NCBI RefSeq assembly: GCF_018350175.1
Contig: NC_058373.1
Span: 112,718,001 to 112,782,000 of the forward strand
Length of the DNA: 64,000 nucleotides
Direction: 5' to 3'
Origin: Felis catus
Lineage: Eukaryota
In this document: in pieces, positions 39,635 through 52,100 of the stretch
Layout of the letters: each line of letters opens with the position of its first letter
Position numbering within the stretch: the stretch's first letter is position 1
Translations under genes and position numbers: made by a program
The notes under the pieces: generated by a model
Database searches by the model: none
Seen by the model: the letters and a program-made list of their open reading frames with translations, nothing else
What the model was told of the DNA's origin: nothing

Positions 39635-42600
39635 GTATACTTTGCACGTGTTATCTTACATGGTCAACAACATGCTCGCCCTCACCATTTTTCTTATTTT
39701 ATTTTCCTTTTGCCTTAATTTATTTTGCCTTGCACTTTGCACTTGGCTGAAAGGGATGAGGGTACCAAAAGGGAAAAGTTAGCTGTTTTAGGAGGAAATT
39801 TCAATATTTTTATACTGTACTGTTTTCTAAGTTAACTTTTTTTTTTTTAGCAGTCACTGTATCATGTTGAAATGGTTAAAGTCTGAACAGCCAACTTGAT
39901 TGTTACCACCACCTTAATTCCATAAAAATTTCTTTGAGCTAGGTAATTTGTTGTTAAACTAATATTGGCTAAAGACAAAGATTTTGGTTTTCAGGCCTGT
40001 CTAGGTCTCTCTGGTAGCTGAAGATTTACATTAAATAAGTGACAATCTTGTCCCATTAACCATAGACACAGCATCCCAAATTGTCTATTAAATGAAAAGT
40101 TAATATGATTCCCCTATTTTTGTATAAAATGGAAGATTTATTCCTTTTTAAAAACTGATTGGGTTACTCAGGAAAATAGTTTCCTTGATACTTATATTTT
40201 CATAAGGTTCTTATAATCCGGAAGATTAATTTTGTAATCACTCATGAGATTCGTGCTCTTTTAACAAAATATTTTACATGACATTTGAGCTATGTTTTTT
40301 TGCCTTTTTGGGGTCTAATTTCTTATTCTGACTGTGTAAAACCATAGTGTACATGTGTTTCTGTTTTTGTGAAATATTATATTGAAATATTAATAGATTT
40401 TGAATATCCTTTCCAAAGCAGAGGCACTGTTGAGTAGCTGAGAGAAAAGAGAATTGTGCCTCAAGATGGCTAGTAAATAAAAGAACTTTAATACCCTATG
40501 AATTTTAAGATCTTAATTTTTTATCTTATAGACAAAACACATTTCTACATGTAGTTTTTGCAGACCACGGTAGCTACCATGGGCAGGCCAGTATTGTTAG
40601 CTGTATTCTGTTTGCAGAAATACTGTCTCAGAATATCATGCAAAAAACCCAGAAAGATGGCACCATCTGAAATACCAGGTTGTGTTTGCAGAACCACAGG
40701 CAGGATAACATCTTTTTGCTTTAAAATTTTAAAAATTTAAAAAATAAATAAATAAAAGCCTTGGAAGGAAGAGCATGACTAAACCCACAAGGGTTTAGCC
40801 TCACAAGGTTGAATTTATTGAATCAACAGAATTATAGCCATCTTCTGTAATTTTTTTCTTTTGAATGTTACAGCTATTTTAGATTTTTCTTTTAAAACTG
40901 ATTTTATGGAGAATGAATTTCTTCTTGAAATATGTATCTGTAGGAAAAGGAAAGTAATGAAAGGCAGATGAATGACTTGTGATATCAGCAGACTGTTGAA
41001 AGGCAAGATTGATATCATCTCATCACCACATTTTCCATAGGTCTTTTCTTAATTCCCCAGGATTATGATTCCCAGTGTAAAAAATATATAACCCATTTCT
41101 TTCTGACACTTCATCCAGGCAATTCTCCATTTCCCATGAGAGTGTATAAGAAGTCTACCATTGGCATCATCTTCAAACACAGCCTACAGCATCCATCAGG
41201 GTATTACTTTCTCTGTGACAGCATGTTTGCAGGAGGGTTCTCAGGTTGGAATGTGGAACTGGCTTCTGGGGGGATGGGATTGGGTATGCTGTAGCATTTG
41301 CTCCCTAGCACTCTGCTCTTAAATGAACTCTGGCTTTATCAGGATTTGTTACTTTCATTGTGACACATTAGCTTTATTTATTTGTCATAAAATGTGTTTC
41401 TCTTTTTGTCATTTGTGGTAGGGTTTTTTTGTTGCCAGTGCCATACCTCTGTGGACTCCATAGGTGGTGATTATGTTTAATTTATGATGCTGTAAAGACC
41501 AATATCTTGAAGAACTCCTTAGGGAATACAGAATAACCTTCCATATTTTTTTCTATTTCATCTTAAATTGGTAAATGATTATTTTATAAAATTTTAGACT
41601 TTGACTCTTACTAATTAGAATTTCAAGAAATGTCCTCATGTGTCATTTTTTCATATGGAAGCCTCTTGATGGAACTGTTGTTTAAGTGCATTTTTTTATT
41701 TTATAACATCACTATGGAGGTAGCCAAACTTTCCATGGCTCAATATCTTCTTTTCCTCATTTACATCATCTTCACTGACCTTCACTATTAAAGAAATAAA
41801 TTCTCCAGTACCTATTGCAGCACATTGGCTTAATCAATTTCATGTCACTGTCTTCTGTGACATTCATAAGACCAAAAAATAAGCTTTCTTCAAAAAGGAA
41901 TCTATCCATGAATTGTCCAAGAACAAGATAATTGCTAACCTTACCTGCTACTGCTCAGCAAATGTTACTCCGTGTAGTTGATTGCCCCTTCATGAAAAAT
42001 ACAATTCTCTTACTATGTGACAACCTCTGTGGTTGACATCTCATTTATCTTATTTCAATTAGTCTTCACTATAGATATTTAAAGAAGATGCTGTCATCAT
42101 CCTCATTATACAGACCAGGAAAATGAGTTCAAAGAGGTTAGATATCCTGCCTAAAGTCATAAAGCTTCCAAGTGAGTGTCAGAAATTGTTTTTCCTAAAT
42201 ACCATGCTTTCTGCTGCTGTTCAGGAGTTATTAAAAGTTGGCTGTAGGTGGCCTTCAGTAGTCTTACATTTTCATGGACTATATTTACCTGGTTCAGGTT
42301 GATCACATAGTTTGGATCCTTGTGAGAGGATATAAATGTATCTATTAGATGCAAACTTTAATTCCAGGAAATATTAGAAAGACATACCTTTTATAATTAT
42401 TTTTCTTATATATAGTCATTCAGTAAATATTTATTGAGCACTTACTATTCCTTATTTAAATGTAATTATAATCTGCTAGCTCTGTCTTGACCTTAGAATT
42501 GGCCTCACATTTGGAATGCATAGAATATCATAAATGTAATGAGATCGGTGTCACAGGTTGTGTACACTATTGTTCATCCCCTCAAGCCAAGTAAAAAAAA

Positions 42601-44579
42601 GAGAATTCACCTTCCACATTTCCAGCTAATCTCAGCTTTCTTTCAACAGTGTTCCAGCAATGTTCATTTTTTAAAATCTTTTGAAAACATTGCTTCAGAA
42701 TTCACTTAGTTTAGAAGAAAGCCAGCATGAGTACTATCTCCTTGTAGTAACAGTGCTCTTTCTGACTTACTTGAAAAGTTGTAATATACACTAGATGTAA
42801 ATTTTTTATGATTTATAACAATAAACAAAAAAATAATCATTGAACCCTTTAAAACCTTATATCTAATGTCTTAGATTTCCCAGTAGCAAGGTTAATTTAA
42901 ATAATTAGAAATTTTGAAGTTAAATTGATTTTTACTGTTGAGTGGACAGAGACTGAAATTTAATTTTATTTTTATTTAATGCTTAAGAGCTTTTAGCTAC
43001 CTAAAGAAATGGTGACATTTTCAAATTGTAACTTGCAAAACAGTTGCCCTTTGAACCCATCACACTTTTAGAACACCAGTTCTGATCTAAACAAACCTTG
43101 ACTGACTGACAATTTGGAGCTTCTGAAATGGAAACTTCAGTTGAATTGCAAATAGTAGATCTACATATTCAAGGAAGGAAGGAAAGATGGAAGGGAAGAA
43201 AGAAAACTAGATTTTAAACACTGTAACATTTCCTCTTTAAAAGAAAAAATAGAGCCAATAGCACTACCAATAGCACTACAAACTATTTACCTTGGATGAA
43301 ACTAATAAAATAAAATAAAGATTCTACACTGTGAAATGATCACCTAAGATTTTCTACTTCACAAAATCTCACTTAGAAAATTTTTAATATTAAATGTATT
43401 ATTTATTTCAGTATAGTTTTCTCTGATGTTTTACTCTTTCCGGTCACTCTTGCATTCATTGTTTTCATTCTCTTTGTTTATAATAGTTGGGAATTTGGAG
43501 ATAGTGTGAAGAAATCTGTTAGGAATAGTATCTTTTAAAAACACTAAAACTGCTGCTTACCAGAATATATAAATTATTTGAATCAAAATAAGAAAATACC
43601 TCTCTCTTACATCCAAATAAGGGACCAGCCATAAAGATAATGGGAATGCACATTTGACTGGAATATTTGATAAACCTATCTAATCAAAACATTCTTATAA
43701 AAGAACTGAAAAGAATTGATTGACATATTTTCAAAAAAAAAGATGATGGGTACTTCTGTCTACTTGGGCATAACACTTTTAAATTTCCGTAACAAAAAGA
43801 TTTTTAAACTGTTGTAGTTGACTGTGAATTTCTGCTTATCCTCATACACTGCCTCATCTATTCTGATCATTTGAAATACAAAAGAGGTGGTCACTGGAAC
43901 AATGGCATGAGAATTTTAAAGTTTAAGATGAGGAAATATTAATGCATGGATAACAAGTTTAGGAAGCTTTTGATGTAAGTATTTTATAGGCTATGTATTT
44001 CTTTGAGAGAGAATTATTCTCCTTTTAATTCTTACTTGTAATATGTACAATGAACTTTGTAGCCAGATCTACTTTCAAATCTGGTTTTAGTAAAATAATG
44101 AATTTGGTAAGTCATATAGGAGGCATTCAAAAAATATTTAGGAAATGGTGAATGAATTCTTAAATCAGCCAACTTATCTAAACCTTATAAAGTTTCTATA
44201 TCCGGGTTTCAAGGAGAATTGATAATTTATGTAAAATCTAGTAGAGTACCAGGGACATAGTAAACACTGATTTCTTTTTCTTCTTAGATGTGTAAGCCCT
44301 AATCACCTCAGACTTGGATTTAGGACATTAGCCAAACAATTGGATTCTCTCTGTTAGTCCTTCTTTCTTCTTAGGTCAGACTAACCTTCCTAAGCACTAC
44401 CTTAATTCCCATCAGTTCTCTAATCAAAAAAGCTATAGTAGCCTACCCCTGAACTGTCGTATCAAGAGTAAATGCCTTTCTTCCTCTCTCCCAACATCCT
44501 TTATAATTTTTATATAGGATAAAATTATAAATTTTATAATTTATGTAATTATAATCCACTGTTTATCTAACATGATTTT

Positions 44580-44725
44580 CTAGTGACCAACTTCTCCCAG
44601 TTTGCCCAGGACTCCTAGTTTAGAATTGAAAGTACCACATCCTAGGACTATTTTGTTTTAAAACTGAAAGTTCTGTATTCCAGGAACCCCCTCAGTCCCT
44701 GGCAAACAAGGACAATTGGCCATTT
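44580..44725. mobile_element. MER94-like hAT MITE
   Basis: gtgaccaacttctcccagtttgccc ... ggcaaacaaggacaattggcca inverted ends. Confidence 0.65.
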
Positions 44726-45032
44726 ATTCTCTATCATGTACCTACCACTCCAGTCAAGGGATACCTTCTTGTTATATTCCTTCTTTCTTATTGGCCATTA
44801 TTTGTGCTATTTTGTCTTTCTGAAATGCCCTCATCTACTTAATAGCTTCAGTCTACCTTCCTCCAGAAAACCACCTCCACCAACTCCTACATACCCTAAT
44901 CATCTTCTGAAGGGAATTTCAATTGTGCTTATAGACAGTATTACTCTATATTGCTTTTCCTTCTGCCTGTTTGATTGTTTTTACTTCTGTTCCTTACATG
45001 TTGATGATCAACTTGATTTACTCTCAGATTCT

Positions 45033-45249
45033 TGTTTTTTAAAATTATTTTTAAGCTTATTTATTTATTTTGAGAGAGAGAATGTACACAGGCAAGGAAC
45101 AGAGAGAGATGGAGAAGGAGAATCACAGGCAGGCTCCACACTGTCAGCGCAGAGCCCAGCATGGGCTTCAATTTCACAAACTGTGAGATCATGACCAGAG
45201 TCAAGATCAAGAGTCAGGTGCTTAACTGACTGAGCCACCCAGGCACCCC
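45033..45249 (-). mobile_element. Can-SINE
   Basis: Reverse head ctgagccacccaggcacccc; TSD tcagattct. Confidence 0.93.
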
Positions 45250-45283
45250 TCAGATTCTCATTTTATTTCTCACTATGTATCTA

Positions 45284-45450
45284 CACTGACCAGCATGATA
45301 GCCAGTTTAAATTCACTAAAATTAATCAAATTTAAAAGTTAGCGTCTTATTTGCAGTAGCCACATTTCAAGCGCTCAGTAGTCACATGTGGCTAGTGGCT
45401 ACCTTTTTAGAAAGCACAGATATACATTTTTATCACCACAGAAGTTCTCA
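45284..45450. mobile_element. MER3-like hAT MITE
   Basis: tagccacatttcaagcgctcagtagtcacatgtggctagtggctacc core. Confidence 0.75.
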
Positions 45451-45589
45451 TAATCAACCATTGTTATTATGATCATCACCATTTATCATCATTACTTCTG
45501 TTTCTACTTATAGCATTAACTTTGGTCAGGGATAATTCTAGGAGCTTCACATATTTTACTGTCACATATCACTGTCACAATATAGTAAC

Positions 45590-46506
45590 TACCTTGGCAT
45601 CAACTATCTACAGCCCACATCTCTCTCCAGTGTTATAAGCACCTTGAACATGACTCAGCCCCCAATTTTGTTCCTTCATCCACTATTTGAATATATGATA
45701 CTACCCAATTACTCAAACTGGAAACTCAAGAGTTATTTTATATCCTTTATGACCATTCAGAACCTAAATCCTATAGATTCAGGGTTTTTTGTATCTCTAG
45801 AACCTATGCCCTTCTCTCCAGGAATACTTTCAGTGATTTAGTTGGATTTCTCATCTGGATTACTAGATTAATCTCCAAACCAGTTTCTCTACCCTCATCA
45901 TTTATTCTATGACCATCTCTAATCATTACATTGCTCACCAGAATGAACTTGTTAAAATGTTAATGTAGTCATGTCATTCCCCTGCTTAAAATCTTTCAGT
46001 GGCTCTCCATAACCCTTAGGAATTGGCCCTTACCTCATCAACAATCCTCTTACCACCTCCTGTCATGGTTGAAATTAGCTTCAGCCATACTTACTGCCAT
46101 TTCTCAGTTGCCAGGGTCCCTCATATCTGTGAATTACACTTGCCTTTTTCTCTGATTTCCTTGCCTTTTCTTCAGCTAACCAGAGTGTAATTGTCCCTTA
46201 AAATTCTGCTCCTATATCCCAGCTCCAGAAAGTTTTTCCTGATAATCTCCCCTCAGCTCCTCCCTCCATCTGAGTTAGGAGCATCTCATGCATATCCACG
46301 TAGCAATATGTACTAACTTCTATTACTGCATTTATCATGAGGTGTTATAATTAATATGTTTACCTGTCTTTATCTATTGCATTGTGAGCTCATGGAGACC
46401 AGAAACTGCTTTTTTGTTTGAAACCTGTAATTCAGAGGCTAGATCAATTTGGGACAAACAGTAGGTATTCAGTAAATGTGGGTTGAGTGCATGATTGAAT
46501 GAATGA
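45590..46506 (+). mobile_element. L2 3' portion
   Basis: catgtcattcccctgcttaaaatctttcagtggctctcc; 3' end gtaggtattcagtaaatg..gaatgaatga. Confidence 0.75.
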
Positions 46507-47851
46507 CATTGAATTACCCCCTAATGGGTATATTTAGAATAGTATTCACTCTATTATTAGTTTATGAAACTTGGTTGAGTAAAGACATTGACTTAGCTTC
46601 TTTTAGGTTTTATTCCTTCCCCCATCTAGCACACAGTGAGTATTTAATATACACATATTGACCAGATCTTGAGTTAGAACCCAGTTTCAAATATCCCATT
46701 ATATATGTGTCATATATAAAGATTTGCATGCATTTTTCTAATTTCTAAAAGCATATGGTAATCACAGTCAGTACTTCTAAAACATTTTCATTCTACTCTG
46801 CCTGACTGTTTCTGCAGTATACTCTGATAGCCATTTTTTAAACAAATAAATAACAGGGTTAGCAGCCTAATTTTTCTTGAATGTGGGCTCAAACAATATC
46901 AGTTACTCCAGTCTCTACAATTCTAAATCCTTATTGACCTTGGATGTAATGGGAGTGAAGAGAATCTCAAACTGTAGAATTGACTTTCTCACCCTGTTGT
47001 TGAAACCTAAGTTTACCGAGAGCAGGACAGCTTTATTCTCTGTGACCCCAATCAGTCTCCTTGACATCCTGTTTGAAAAACACTGAGAACTCAAGTCTGA
47101 ACAATCATGCTCTCATAAATTCAGATAGGAATTTGTATGGGAATCAGAACTGGTACATAAAAAAAATATAGAAACCTGAGGTTTATTGTTAAGCCAGTAG
47201 TAAGTATTCCTTAGTTAGCTTTAAACAAAAATGAAGTCAGAATCTAGTGTTATTGATTGGTAAATAAGTTGTACATAGGCCTCTGATTAAAGCTTTATCT
47301 ATTACCAAGACACAAAGGGAGTATTGGCTGGCATTTTAAGTCAAAAGAAGGACAACATATAAATTTCCAGTGGCCATTTTTGTTTTTATTGCTCTCTATC
47401 CAATAGTAGGGGGAATTGACATCAAAGTGAATTTTACTTTTCCCTAGGCTGATGCCTAGCATTCTTTTTCTTCATGTGCCTTATGTACCACAGGCCAGCA
47501 TTTTGTCTGTTTCTCTTCTCTCTTAATTAACCCACTTGTCTCTTCTACATGGGAGGTAATCCAATGCATGCTGGCACAGCTTCCTATAAATTACATAGGT
47601 TTAATGAATTCTAAGTAGCTCATGGCCATACCCTGCTTTGGTTCATACTGATAGATTTACAGACAGGTTTGGTTTACCACCAATCCCCTAATTTTTAAAC
47701 ATTAAGATAAACATCTTCTTGACTACCAGCAATATAAATTTTCTTTGCTTGTTCACACAAATATGCATTTGCGTACAATGAAATGAGGAACCTAGATTTC
47801 AGCAAATGGAATTATCAATTTTATCTGGTCCTTTTTTCCCCTTTTCAAAAT

Positions 47852-47958
47852 CACTACTAGGTATTTACCCAAAGAATACAAAAATACTAATTCAGAGGGA
47901 TACCTGCACCTCGATATTTATAGCAGCATTATCTACAATAGCCAAATTATGGAAACAG
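47852..47958 (+). mobile_element. Short carnivore L1 ORF2 fragment without 3'UTR or polyA
   Basis: actactaggtatttacccaaagaatacaaaaatactaattc..atagccaaattatggaaacag; homologous to the reverse complement of about 10555-10655. Confidence 0.85.
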
Positions 47959-48157
47959 GTCCCTACATCTTGGAGATAAGGATGCTCCTTTCCTCAGGGT
48001 ATAGGGAGGGCAATGCTTATGACCTGTTTCGAGAATGAAGTGCAGGGCAAGGACAGAGAGACCCTCTTGCTTCTGCCATTTTCTCAAACTTACTCAGTTT
48101 AAAATATTTAACATTCCAAGATGCCGTATTTTGAGGTAGCATGTCCTGAACCCCATC
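47959..48157 (-). mobile_element. ERV1-type LTR 5' fragment
   Basis: Ends ..tattttgaggtagcatgtcctgaaccccatca (reverse: TGATGGGGTTCAGGACATGCTACC), which resembles the LTR starts at 55788 and 59698. Confidence 0.6.
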
Positions 48158-48341
48158 ATCATATTGTCCTTGAATTCCGTTATATGTCATACTCTACTGT
48201 CATTTACCAACTTATAAGTAGAGCAAAGTAGTTTCGCATGAAAATAACTAAAAATGTTGACCAGATTTCTAGACTAGTGTTCAAAACTGAAATAGCACTG
48301 TAGTTTAACTGAATTGGGAGTCAAATAGACATATATGATTT

Positions 48342-48559
48342 TCTTAAAAATTACTTTTTTTAATTTTTTTAAGTTTATTTTGAAAGAGAGCACAAGCAGA
48401 GGAGGGGCAGAGAGAAGGAGAGACAGAATCCCAAACAGGCTTCCTGTCATTGAAACAAAGCCTGATGCCATGCAGACTCAAACTCACAAGCTGTGAGATC
48501 ATGACCTGAGCTGAGATCAAGAGTCGGACACTTAACCAGCTACGCCACCCAGGCACCCC
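48342..48559 (-). mobile_element. Can-SINE
   Basis: Reverse head; TSD tagacatat(a/g)tgatt. Confidence 0.93.
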
Positions 48560-48914
48560 TAGACATATGTGATTAAATGTAGGAATCTATGTACTATTTG
48601 TAACATTATTTCTTGGGGAAATGCATTTTAACCTCTAACAGAATCCAGCCTACTGAAAGGCATTTTTATTCTGACAAACTCTAAATGGCAACAGAATCTT
48701 TCATCCTCTTTCTTTCCTCCAACAGCTCAAATGGGATATCTTGCTTAGAATATTCACTTACTAGGGGAAGGTATAGGAAGAGGGAAACTTGCAATTTGGG
48801 TCAATGGCTTCTTGACAGCATCATCAATCAATGTCTGTTGAGGATGTTTATATCAGGGGTTTATGCCTATATGGTTAAATTTCAATAAGCTTTCTATTAT
48901 GTGGTATTATTTCT

Positions 48915-49125
48915 TTTCTTTTTAATGTTTATTCATATTTTGACAGAGCGTGAGTGGGGGTGGGGGTGGGGGGGTGGGCAGAGAGAAAGGGAGACAGAAT
49001 CTGAAGAAGGCTCCAGGCTCTGGACTGACAGCACAGAGCCTGATGCAGGGCTTGAACTCACAGACCATGAGATCATGACCTGGGCTGAATTAGGACGCTT
49101 AAATGACTGAGCCACCCAGGCGCCC
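48915..49125 (-). mobile_element. Can-SINE (SINEC_Fc-like)
   Basis: Reverse head gactgagccacccaggcgccc; TSD tattatttct. Confidence 0.93.
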
Positions 49126-52100
49126 TGTTATTATTTCTACTATATGTTTCCAGTGAATGCTGATATTTCTGACTTATTAAATGCCTTTTTTGTCCTTATT
49201 ACCTTGTAAACACCATAGAGGTCTTTGAGCCAACTTAGCAAAGTAAAATAAATATATGACTGTGAATTAGAAGAGGTGACTTCTGTTACCTGGTCTATCC
49301 ATGAGAAAGCTAAGTCATCATGAATGTAGCCAACAAGATTCTCAATACTGTTAAAATATTAATGGTACAATTTTAAAGGAATTGGGTCTTGATCATGCTG
49401 TGTGCATTTTGCTTTCTACTTGAAAGTTCAGAGTGCCAAATAAATACAAGTAAAAAAAAAAAAACATGCTTTGAGCTTAAAAGTCTATAACAGATTTTGA
49501 TGTCTTGAGTGATTGTAAAAATTGAAATTGATATGGTTGTTATTTGTATTTGGTTCTTTATACTTTCAGTTTTGCTGACACTACCAATAAGTCATGATTA
49601 GTCATCAAGTATCTACTAAGCATCTACAATACCGAGTAGACATTACCGTGTTAGGTATATAGAGAATGTAGAAAAAATTATAGGGCCTCACTTAAGGATC
49701 TTACAAATTGGTATATTGTCTATTTTTTAATCATATTTATGTATTCAGACTGCGATGTTGAAGAATATTACTAGAAGCAGTGCTGTTGGCTCTGAAAATT
49801 AAAGCTATTCAATATTAGCATTAAAGAAAAGTCTATGGGAAAATCATCATTCTTCAGTCCTTTGTTCACAAAATAGTCATGGGGGGAGTATTTTAAAATT
49901 CACCAAATTATTGTTCAGTCCCAAAACAGAACTTGCTTAGGGTAGTTTTTCCTAGAATAGATTTGAGTTATTGGGACCTTATTATATAACTTTAAAAGTG
50001 CCATAATATTTCTTTAGGCCACATTTTTGTCTAGATAGAGATTGTGTCAGTTATTCTAAGTTGGTGGTAGTTTCATTTAATTTATTTGCCAAGTACAGAC
50101 CCTTTTGGAAAAGAGGGACAAAGGCAAAGCATGATATTACTCTTTATTAACATTACTTATTGGAGAAGAATGCAAATTTTCACCTTTTAACTGCTCTCCT
50201 TTGCTCTGCTAAGTTATCTAACACATTTGAGTGATATAGGAGACCCTGAAAGAAAGAGGACTCCAGTAAGCATCACAGGTTAGAATGAACAACATATGCA
50301 AAGGTGATATTGTTTATGTGAAGTAATTTTATGTATTTTTTGAAGTCCGCTCAGTTGAATATAAGGGCATATTTTAATCAAACTAATAGTCTTTGCCATG
50401 TATTTTTAGCCGCCTGCTTGTGTTTATCTAATAAATTCTTCCTACGCTATTTAACAATTGCAGCTATCATTTTCCAAAATAGATTAATGTATAATATTTA
50501 CAGGCTTAATAATCCTGTGTGTGCTATGTTTATTATTCAAGAGGTTTTTTAATATCGTTTTATCTTTTCACAGCATCTCTCTAAGAATATTCATTTTATT
50601 CTCATTTTTAACAAAAATTAGAGTGTTAAAAATTACAGAGAGTTGAGGGCTTTTCTATAAGATATACCCTATCATCATCAATATGCTAAGTTAGAAAAAA
50701 AATGGGGAATATATGGTACCATCCTTTCTATTGGCTTTAAAAAGCTCACCTTGTATAGTTACATATATATAATGTCAGTATTTGATAGGTATGCTCATTT
50801 TTATCATACTGATTAACTTCTCTTCAGTTTGAATATTTTGGGAACCCAGACTCATGTTTAGGTTCAGTGAGGAATTTTATATCCAGGAGTAAATATCAAC
50901 GCATTGGATGATAAATTGAAGCTACATACATCCTTTGAAATACATGTGCTTGCATTATTTGTGAATCTACTACCCTTTAAAATACTTTTGACTTAATTTT
51001 CATGTGACTTTTATTACTATAGAAAGTGAAGAATTATGAAAAATAGATTATTATGTAAAATATAATAATATTTTATAATAAAACAGAGCTAGATATGTGT
51101 TATGCATAGGAAAACCAATGTTGCATATATCCCTTGGAATTGAGAGGGGAGAAGAAAAGAAGTAGCTATGTTGGTACTCAAATGTTTTGCATTTTAAGGG
51201 GAAAAAAAAGAATGAAAACAAGAGGAAGGGGGTTAAAAAAGAAAGGGAATGATGGAGAAAGAAAACAAGCCCTGGTTTTTCATTCCCTTTTCTGCTTCAG
51301 TATTTAAAGAAGAGGTGATTTATTCTGACTTTCCCATATTAAATAGTTCAGTGCATAAGTAGCAACTTACAAAAGAAGGGTGAATTCAAAAAGACCTTAA
51401 GGATATTTTTGGATTCATATTCCATGAAACCCTGAAAGGAATTTAGATTCATATGGACTTTCATAGTTTCATGAAAACATAGTTTTCAATTGTGTTAGCA
51501 ATTTTCCTTGTGTTATTTCTAAATCTTCCTTAGGATCAGAAAAGAAAGGTCTATTTTTGAAATTTTGTCCATGGCATTCTGTACTCAATATTGCCTAGAA
51601 TCATAAAAATCAGCTTGCTGCTTTTTTTTTTCCTCTTTGGCAACTTGCTATTATCCCAGCACACAGCAATTAAATCTAATTCTGTTTGGGCTACCATGCC
51701 TAACTGTTCTTGTTAAGAAGCATGGCATGAACTGATGCATGACTCTTTGAGAAGGCTGCTGTGTGTATCTGCATTGAAAGAAAAGTTCTTATAGCAAACT
51801 AGCCTTTTGAAATCAGTATTGAGGTTGCAGTAATTAATGATGAACTGTGCAGTGCTTAACAGAGAAGGGAGTTCCCCAGGAATAAAAGTGGGAACGGTGG
51901 CAGAAAATGGTCTCCTGCAGTCAGATGCTGCTAAATTAGTCACAGGTGCTTCTCAGTTGTTAGTTGCATCCCTTTAAGAATATACATGAGTGGGAGAGTA
52001 AGGAAAGGGAAAAAAAAAGATGCCACTGGGACATGCAAGAGGTTGCTACAAGGAAACATTGAATCAATCTTCAATCTCAAATATTTGGCTCAGAGTCAGA

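Noticed and set aside
44736..45194. Longest ORF (152 aa)
   Set aside because: Low complexity and runs into an antisense SINE; no splice or homology support.
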